Shown: positions 57,410 to 64,000 of the stretch, one piece after another
How the letters are laid out: each line of letters opens with the position of its first letter
Position numbering within the stretch: position 1 is the first letter of the stretch
Source: Candidatus Aenigmatarchaeota archaeon
GTDB taxonomy: Archaea > Aenigmatarchaeota > Aenigmatarchaeia > QMZP01 > QMZT01
Assembly: GCA_963726265.1 (NCBI GenBank)
Contig: CAVSBQ010000002.1
Location: forward strand, 608,001-672,000
Direction: 5' to 3'
DNA length: 64,000 nucleotides
The notes under the pieces: model-generated
Told to the model about the DNA's origin: nothing
The model's database searches: none
What the model saw: only the letters and a program-made list of their open reading frames with translations
Translations under genes and position numbers: made by a program

Positions 57410-60142
57410 ATGAAAAAGATGATTTATTTTTTCGGAGGCGGAAAAGCCGACGGGAACGAGAAGATGAAGGAGCTTCTTGGAGGCAAGGGAGCGAATCTCG
57501 CCGAGATGGCCGGCCACAGAGATTTGCGCCTTCCAGTACCGCCGGGCTTCACCATCACGACAGAGGTCTGCACCTATTATTACAGAAGTAAGGGGAAATA
57601 TCCCGCTGGCCTGAAAGAAGACGTCGAAAAGTCGATCAGGAGAATCGAGGGGCTAATGGGCAAGAAGTTCGGCGATGCTCATAATCCGCTGCTCGTTTCA
57701 GTCCGTTCCGGCGCACGCAGATCAATGCCGGGCATGATGGAAACCGTGCTTAACGTCGGCCTTACCGAGAAAACCATTCCCGGCCTGATAAGACAGAGCG
57801 GAGGCAACGAGCGCTTCGTTTACGATGCGTATCGCAGGCTCATAATGATGTATTCCGACGTCGTCATGGAGAAGGCGGCAGGCGTTGAGACAGCCGACGA
57901 TAATGGCATACGCAAGCAACTGGACAGGCTTATGGACAGGATGAAAAAAGAGAAAGGCTATAGCAGCGACACGGACATGACGGCAGATGATCTCAAGAGG
58001 CTCTGTGCGGTGTTCAAGGCAAAGGTCAGGGAGGTCCTCAAAAAGACATTCCCTGACGACCCGAAGGAGCAGCTGTGGGGCGGCATAGGAGCAGTCTTCG
58101 CATCCTGGAACGGCAAGCGCGCCGTAAGCTACCGCCGCATAGAGAACATACCGGACGACTGGGGAACCGCTGTCAATGTGCAGGCAATGGTCTTCGGCAA
58201 CATGGGCAATGATTCCGCGACCGGCGTGGCTTTCACGCGCAACCCCGGCAACGGCGAAAATGGTTTCTATGGCGAATACCTCGCCAACGCGCAGGGTGAG
58301 GACGTCGTCGCAGGCATTCGCACGCCCGCGCCCATAAACGGCTACTCGAAGTCGGAACACAACAGAACGCTGGTCACGCTTGAAAAATACATGCCGAAAC
58401 TTTACAGGGAACTTTTTGATTATCAAAAGAGGCTTGAGAAGCATTACCGCGACATGCAGGACATAGAGTTCACGATAGAGCGCGGCAAGCTGTACATGCT
58501 CCAGTGCCGCATCGGCAAGCGCAACGGCACGGCAGCGGTGCGCATGGCGCTTGAAATGCACAGGGAAAAGCTCATAACAAAGGAGGAGGCCATAATGCGC
58601 GTGACACCTTCGCAGCTTGACGAGCTGCTGCACCCGGTTATAGACCCGAAGGTGGAGGCATCATCAAAGCCAATTGCCAAAGGCCTTCCTGCCGGCCCTG
58701 GCAGCGCGAGCGGGCAGGTCGTATTTTCTGCGAAAGATGCCGTGGCATGGGCGGGCCTGGGCAAGAAAGTCATACTTGTGCGCGAAGAGACTAACCCGGA
58801 AGACGTCGAAGGCATGCGCGCTGCGCAGGCGATACTCACAGCACGCGGCGGCATGACATCGCATGCCGCGCTAGTGGCGAGAGGCTGGGGCAAGTGCTGC
58901 ATAGTCGGGGCAGGCAGCCTGCACGTCAGCGCCAGCAAAAGGGAAATCAGTGTCGATGGAAAAACAATAAAAGAGGGCGCGTGGATAACGCTCAACGGCA
59001 CAAAGGGCGTGTTTTACGAGGGCAGGCTTCCCATGATGGAAGCGCTTGAAGCGAATAAAAACCTCACCGACTTTTTGAAGCTTTGCGATTCTGTCAGGCG
59101 ACTCGGCGTCCGCACAAATGCAGATACGCCCGAAGACGCGGCGAAAGCAAGGCAGTTCGGCGCAGAGGGTATAGGCCTGTTCAGAACAGAGCACATGTTT
59201 TACGGCAAGGGTTCTGACAAGCCGCTTTTCATGCTGAGAAAGATGATAGTGTCCAAAACCGAAGAGGAAAGGCGCAAGGCGCTGAATGAGCTTTTCCCGT
59301 ATATCAAGAAAGATATCAAGGGCGCGCTTGCGGCCATGGACGGCTTCCCGGTTGTTATACGCCTACTGGACCCGCCGCTGCACGAATTCGTGCCGCGCGA
59401 CGAGGCAAAGCTGGCGCAGCTGGCAAAGGAACTCGGCATAACCATTCAGGAGCTGAAAGGCAGGGCCGAAGATCTCCACGAATCGAATCCCATGATGGGC
59501 CACCGCGGCGTGCGCCTGGGAATAACGTACCCCGAAGTTTCCGAAACCCAGATACGAGCCATATTCGAGGCAGCCGCGGAACTTATAATGGAAGGCAGGA
59601 AGCCGCATCCGGAAATAATGATACCTGTCGTTTCCGACGTCAGGGAGCTCAGCAACCAGATGGCCATCTGTAAAAAAGTCTACCACGAAGTTCTGGCTAA
59701 ATACAGGCTTAAAGGCATAACGCACGCGTTCGGCACGATGATTGAAATCCCGCGCGCATGCATAGTTGCCGACAAAATTGCCGAAGCAGCGGAATTTTTT
59801 TCGTTCGGGACCAACGACCTGACGCAGATGGGCTTCGGCTTCTCGCGCGACGACATAGGCAGCTTCCTGCCGGATTACATCAGGAAGGAAATCCTGAAGG
59901 AAGACCCGTTCCAGAGCATCGACCAGCAGGGCATCGGCGACCTTATAAAGATTGGCATCGAGCGCGGGCGCAAGACGCGGAGGAATCTCGAGATCGGCAT
60001 ATGCGGCGAGCACGGAGGAGAGCCGCGCTCGATCGAATTCTGCCACGCCGTCGGGATGGACTACGTCAGCTGCTCACCATTCAGGGTGCCTATCGCTAGG
60101 CTTGCGGCAGCGCAGGCGAAAATAAAAGAAAAACAAAAATAG
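57410..60142 (+). CDS. ppdK: Pyruvate, phosphate dikinase
   Basis: LGGKGANLAEM, VPPGF, VSVRSGA, GGMTSHAA, GIGLFRTEHM, FSFGTNDLTQ, GICGEHGG. Confidence 0.97.
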   Translation: MKKMIYFFGGGKADGNEKMKELLGGKGANLAEMAGHRDLRLPVPPGFTITTEVCTYYYRSKGKYPAGLKEDVEKSIRRIEGLMGKKFGDAHNPLLVSVRSGARRSMPGMMETVLNVGLTEKTIPGLIRQSGGNERFVYDAYRRLIMMYSDVVMEKAAGVETADDNGIRKQLDRLMDRMKKEKGYSSDTDMTADDLKRLCAVFKAKVREVLKKTFPDDPKEQLWGGIGAVFASWNGKRAVSYRRIENIPDDWGTAVNVQAMVFGNMGNDSATGVAFTRNPGNGENGFYGEYLANAQGEDVVAGIRTPAPINGYSKSEHNRTLVTLEKYMPKLYRELFDYQKRLEKHYRDMQDIEFTIERGKLYMLQCRIGKRNGTAAVRMALEMHREKLITKEEAIMRVTPSQLDELLHPVIDPKVEASSKPIAKGLPAGPGSASGQVVFSAKDAVAWAGLGKKVILVREETNPEDVEGMRAAQAILTARGGMTSHAALVARGWGKCCIVGAGSLHVSASKREISVDGKTIKEGAWITLNGTKGVFYEGRLPMMEALEANKNLTDFLKLCDSVRRLGVRTNADTPEDAAKARQFGAEGIGLFRTEHMFYGKGSDKPLFMLRKMIVSKTEEERRKALNELFPYIKKDIKGALAAMDGFPVVIRLLDPPLHEFVPRDEAKLAQLAKELGITIQELKGRAEDLHESNPMMGHRGVRLGITYPEVSETQIRAIFEAAAELIMEGRKPHPEIMIPVVSDVRELSNQMAICKKVYHEVLAKYRLKGITHAFGTMIEIPRACIVADKIAEAAEFFSFGTNDLTQMGFGFSRDDIGSFLPDYIRKEILKEDPFQSIDQQGIGDLIKIGIERGRKTRRNLEIGICGEHGGEPRSIEFCHAVGMDYVSCSPFRVPIARLAAAQAKIKEKQK

Positions 60143-60198
60143 CTTCAGCTCAGGATAAGACTTAAAAAACCCCTTGCGAATTATAATTGGGCGTTTGC

Positions 60199-60735
60199 AT
60201 GATAAGAGTAAAAGATGTGATGAAGAAGCACGTCGTAACAGTAGAGCCAAAGATGACAATGTCGGTGACTGCAAAAATACTGACCAACAACAAGATAGGA
60301 TGCGTTGTCATAGTCAGCAGCAATAAACCCGTTGGCATAATCACAACGAACGACATAGTGACGCTGGTTGCCAAGGAAAAGAACCTCAAGAAAGTCAGGG
60401 TCGGCGATTTCTGGAGCAGCATGAAAAGACCTTTCATCACGGTTTCCCCGGACGAGAGCATGATGAAGGTGGCGAAAAAAATGCTCAAGACGGGCTACAA
60501 GAGATTCCCCGTGATGGAAAACAACGAGCTGAAAGGCATAGTCTCCACGAAGGAAGTCCTGACGGTTTCACCGGAGCTGATAGAGATTCTTTCCGAAAGG
60601 CTGAAGGCGAAAGTCGAGGCGGTCGCAAGGCCCGACCAGACCATTTCCGGTCTGTGCGAGAGATGCGGGGAATATTCAGACGACCTGAGAAACGCCAACG
60701 GCAGATGGGTTTGCACCGACTGCAGGGATTCCTGA
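60199..60735 (+). CDS. CBS-domain protein with C-terminal Zn ribbon
   Basis: Two CBS repeats, then GLCERCG...CTDC. Confidence 0.85.
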   Translation: MIRVKDVMKKHVVTVEPKMTMSVTAKILTNNKIGCVVIVSSNKPVGIITTNDIVTLVAKEKNLKKVRVGDFWSSMKRPFITVSPDESMMKVAKKMLKTGYKRFPVMENNELKGIVSTKEVLTVSPELIEILSERLKAKVEAVARPDQTISGLCERCGEYSDDLRNANGRWVCTDCRDS

Positions 60736-60744
60736 AGCGAAAAT

Positions 60745-60769
60745 GTTTAAACGTAAGTTTAAACATAGC
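60745..60769. promoter_or_regulatory. Palindromic operator-like motif (copy 2)
   Basis: GTTTAAAC-GTAA-GTTTAAACATAGC, matches 17120-17144 outside the 4-nt spacer. Confidence 0.4.
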
Positions 60770-60798
60770 TATTTTAATATATATTTCAAATTAGTTTC

Positions 60799-62283
60799 AT
60801 GAAATTTTGCGTATTTTTCATGCTTGTGCTCTTAGTCTCCGTTTCACGGACAGTTTCTGCCATGCAGATAAATGAATTTATGCCAGCTCCAAACGATACC
60901 TGCGCCCAATGTTCAGAATGGATAGAGATAACAAGCGACCAAAACGAATCCCTTGAAAATATCACGATAGACACGGGGGAATCGATGCTCACGAAGCTGA
61001 ATGGCACGATTTTTTGCGGTGACTTCATTATAGTCACCAAAAACGCGAGTGTTTTTTCCGAGATATGGAATCCTAAAGATGTTATAATTTTTGAGAACAG
61101 CAAAATGAGGCTCACCGATAGCAGAGATAATATTACAATTTATAATGGTTCTCATCCACTGCAGCGGATTGAGTATTTCAACGCCTCTAAAAATGTTTCA
61201 TACGGCTTGTGCGGCAATGTGACTGTCCAGCAAAACGTATCGACGCCAGGCCTGCCGAACATATGCGCTTCCCAGGCCGAGAATGAAAGCAATGCAACAG
61301 CCGGTAATTGCAACGTTTCGATATTCATATCATCAGGTGATATTTTTATTTCAGGGGGAAAACAAAGCTACTATTTGATCATCGACGACAGTAACTGTTC
61401 GGAAAAAGAAGTGAGAATAGAATACTGGATAGAGGACCTTTTCGGAAACATAATCAAACCTAAATACAATACGACGCAGAGCGTATCGTGTTCAAAGACT
61501 GTGTCAAGAGAGTGGACGCCAGACGAAATCAAAAGTTCAGAGGCCTATTACATAAAAGCGGCAATAGCAGATGCTTCCTGCAACGATTCCGACTTCTCCA
61601 ACAATTACGATGAAAAACTGATAGTGGTCAAAGGCACAGAACCTCCGCATGAATCCGGCATTAAAATAGAAGAAATCAGTTTGGGCTCGGACGGCAAGGC
61701 AAAATTCGGCGATGCCGTCGAGGTAAAGCTGAATGTTTACAGGGGAGACACGTCCAAAAGCGCCGTTGATGTCTGGCTGGAGAATGCGCAGGGCGACAAG
61801 GCAGGCAAAGCCAGTTTCAACGCCTACGGCAAGTTGATCAATTACAGCCTTTCCATACCGGTCAATATACATCCGAACTGTGACGGCAAACTGCCGAACG
61901 GCACTTATTTTCTGAAAGCCGAGGGCATAGATTGCTACGACGAAGCGGCGGTTACCATAGAGGGTTCGGCTTCTGTATGCAAAACAAAGGCATGCGATGC
62001 GTCGAAAGCCTGTTCATGCCCTTCATGCAGCTCGGAAAAAAAGAACTGCACGTGCAATAGTTCTGTGACAAAAATATCCGGGAAAACAGAAAATGCAGCA
62101 AAAAACACCACCAATAAAACAAGCGAAAAGGCCGGTGAAAAGCTTGGTGAAAACCAGACAAGCAATGAAACGAGAAAGGAAATCAAAATACCGACAGGGC
62201 GAATTACCGCAGGCGAAGACAACTGGTTCTCAGCTGCGCTGAAAAACGTCGCAGATTTCTTTAAAAACCTGTTCAAGCTATAA
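60799..62283 (+). CDS. Secreted lamin-tail-domain (LTD) protein, Cys-rich, many N-glycosylation sequons
   Basis: Signal peptide, QINEFMPAP, EWIEI, STPG.PN; C-terminal amphipathic FFKNLF. Confidence 0.75.
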   Translation: MKFCVFFMLVLLVSVSRTVSAMQINEFMPAPNDTCAQCSEWIEITSDQNESLENITIDTGESMLTKLNGTIFCGDFIIVTKNASVFSEIWNPKDVIIFENSKMRLTDSRDNITIYNGSHPLQRIEYFNASKNVSYGLCGNVTVQQNVSTPGLPNICASQAENESNATAGNCNVSIFISSGDIFISGGKQSYYLIIDDSNCSEKEVRIEYWIEDLFGNIIKPKYNTTQSVSCSKTVSREWTPDEIKSSEAYYIKAAIADASCNDSDFSNNYDEKLIVVKGTEPPHESGIKIEEISLGSDGKAKFGDAVEVKLNVYRGDTSKSAVDVWLENAQGDKAGKASFNAYGKLINYSLSIPVNIHPNCDGKLPNGTYFLKAEGIDCYDEAAVTIEGSASVCKTKACDASKACSCPSCSSEKKNCTCNSSVTKISGKTENAAKNTTNKTSEKAGEKLGENQTSNETRKEIKIPTGRITAGEDNWFSAALKNVADFFKNLFKL

Positions 62284-62342
62284 GATTAAACAGCCAGACA
62301 GCTCGGAATTGCGCTGCAAGTTGCCTTTCGAACGAAGCGTAT

Positions 62343-62366
62343 GACGCATACGCAGTATGCGTCTTT
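62343..62366 (+). terminator. 9-bp hairpin, possible terminator
   Basis: GACGCATAC-GCA-GTATGCGTC-TTT between the LTD gene and the tRNA promoter. Confidence 0.35.
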
Positions 62367-62420
62367 CGTGAATAGCGATTGACAGCTTGGGTTTATAATT
62401 CAGGCTGTCCTTCGATGTAT

Positions 62421-62494
62421 GGGCCTGTAGCTCAGTTGGACAGAGCAGTAGCCTCCTAAGCTAAAGGTCGGGGGTTCGAATCCCCCCAGGTCCG
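62421..62494 (+). tRNA. tRNA-Arg(CCU)
   Basis: GGGCCTG/CAGGTCC acceptor, anticodon loop CT-CCT-AA, GGGGG-TTCGAAT-CCCCC; upstream TTTATA box; no encoded CCA. Confidence 0.95.
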
Positions 62495-62588
62495 TCCGGC
62501 GCAGGATGCAGGCGTTGCCCGCGTCTTTCACCGGTGTTTTTCTGGTGAAGTAATAGATTTATAACTTTTCAAAGACAAAATTATAAAC

Positions 62589-63353
62589 ATGACCAGGATA
62601 ATTGCGATTTCTTCGGGCAAGGGGGGCGTCGGCAAAACAACCCTCGTTTCTAACCTCGCCGCGGCGCTCGCCCAATACGGCAAGTCGGTGGTCGCAGTCG
62701 ACGCGAACCTTACGACATCGAATCTCGCGCTCCATCTCGGCATGCATCTTTACCCCAAAACGATACATGACGTTTTCGAGGGCAGGGCGAAAATAAAGGA
62801 TGTCATGTATGCCCACAAGTCCGGCTTCAAGGTAATTCCAGCGGACATTTCGCTGAGGCGGAACAGGAACCTGAAATCGCACGATTACATAGACGTCCTT
62901 TACAGATTGTTGGAAGGCCATGATTTCATCCTTATAGATTCGCCGGCCGGCCTTGGCAGGGATTCGCTCGCCGCGCTAGAGGCCGCCGACGAGCTGATAA
63001 CGATAACAAACCCCGAGCTGCCCGCAGTCACGGATGCGCTGAAGCTCACGCTGCTTGCGAAAAAATACTCCACGCACAACCTTGGCGTGGTCATCAACCG
63101 GATAAAGAGGGAAACGCATGAGATGCCAAGCGATCACATAGCGAGTATGCTTGGCCTTCCGGTCATAGGCAAGATACCAGAGGACAGGGAAGTGAGGAAA
63201 GCGATAGCGCTCAAGGAGCCTGTTGTAATTTACAACCCGAGATCGCCTGCCGCGCAGCACATAAGAGCGATAGCAGCAGGCCTCATAGGAGAAACATTCG
63301 AGCCGAAAATGCCGTGGAGCTACCGCCTTTCCAACTGGCTGGCTTCAAGATAG
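62589..63353 (+). CDS. minD: MinD-family ATPase (archaeal)
   Basis: SGKGGVGKTT, VDANL, LIDSPAGLG, ITNPE, IPED. Confidence 0.9.
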   Translation: MTRIIAISSGKGGVGKTTLVSNLAAALAQYGKSVVAVDANLTTSNLALHLGMHLYPKTIHDVFEGRAKIKDVMYAHKSGFKVIPADISLRRNRNLKSHDYIDVLYRLLEGHDFILIDSPAGLGRDSLAALEAADELITITNPELPAVTDALKLTLLAKKYSTHNLGVVINRIKRETHEMPSDHIASMLGLPVIGKIPEDREVRKAIALKEPVVIYNPRSPAAQHIRAIAAGLIGETFEPKMPWSYRLSNWLASR

Positions 63354-63361
63354 CAATCGGC

Positions 63362-64000
63362 TCAACTTTTTATCAGGCGTGATATGGCGTCCAGGTCAAC
63401 CTCGAAGGCGCAAACAGGCTGTTCCACACCGAAGTTTTCGAGAACCTTTGGATGCACCTCACCGACGAGTGCTATGTCACTGCCGTCTGAAGCCACTATT
63501 TTCCCGACCCGCCCTTCAATGAAAGAGCTGTGCTCCATTTCAACGATCCCGTAATTTATGCCAAGGCCGTTCATCAGCGAGTCGAGGCCCTGCTTCGCTT
63601 TCGTGAAGTTCGCATCCGCGCCGGCGTATGCCCATGCCATCTTTGCAGGGCTTCTCGTCCGCGTTTCAGCCTTTGCGTCGAACAGCACGACTTCTCCTAT
63701 TTCAAATATGTTCTGCGGATATTCATTGCTCGTGTTGCTGGAAAGGAATTCCATGAGTGACGGCAGCAGCCATGTCCTGAAGACGCTCCAGGTCTTCGAT
63801 ACAGGTTTGTCTATTTCTATGAACTTTGTGCTTTCCGCGCCCATCTTTTCTATGAGGTTGCTTCTGTTCGTCAATATGTAAGAAAGGATTTCCTGTGAGC
63901 CAAGGCCGATCATTATGTCGGCAGCCACCCTTGACAGCACGTTTATCGGAGTCAGCTCCCCATTGCTTGCAAGCCTCGGTTTTATCGGCCCGATTCTGTT
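63362..64000 (-). CDS. pheT: Phenylalanyl-tRNA synthetase beta subunit, C-terminal part (truncated at window edge)
   Basis: R.WLLPSLM.FL..N, YPQNIFEIGEV, SFIEGRVG, GEVHPKVL.NF, FEVDL. Confidence 0.9.
   Translation of the reverse strand, partial: NRIGPIKPRLASNGELTPINVLSRVAADIMIGLGSQEILSYILTNRSNLIEKMGAESTKFIEIDKPVSKTWSVFRTWLLPSLMEFLSSNTSNEYPQNIFEIGEVVLFDAKAETRTRSPAKMAWAYAGADANFTKAKQGLDSLMNGLGINYGIVEMEHSSFIEGRVGKIVASDGSDIALVGEVHPKVLENFGVEQPVCAFEVDLDAISRLIKS

Noticed and set aside
62421..62494. G-A mismatch at the top of the tRNA-Arg anticodon stem as a sign of a pseudo-tRNA
   Set aside because: Mismatches at 27-43 are tolerated and all other arms are canonical

Overview
Core-chromosome window of an archaeon. 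Gene content suggests a DPANN lineage such as Aenigmarchaeota, but this is inference. It holds about 55 housekeeping and envelope genes: a serA/aminotransferase/DUF1015 cluster, upper mevalonate pathway, AglB/AglH, a P-type ATPase, thermosome, alaS, L1-L10-L12, cca, dnaG, radA/RPA, rtcB/archease, ppdK, minD, pheT and type IV pilins, plus two tRNAs. No mobile element or CRISPR array was found. The most striking part is the 13-21 kb replication locus. It contains a family-B polymerase that resembles eukaryotic Pol delta and ends in a PolD-DP2-type zinc finger, a compact DP1 homolog that has lost its metal-binding motifs (as eukaryotic B-subunits have), cdc6/orc1, and two separate ORB-flanked AT-rich origin-like elements about 5 kb apart. 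Other notable items are an intron-containing tRNA-Ile(UAU), a ribosomal protein eS26 homolog, four tandem paralogous secreted lipoproteins beside a class III signal-peptide gene, a frameshifted aminotransferase and two recurring intergenic DNA motifs. All calls come from motif recognition by eye; no searches were run.
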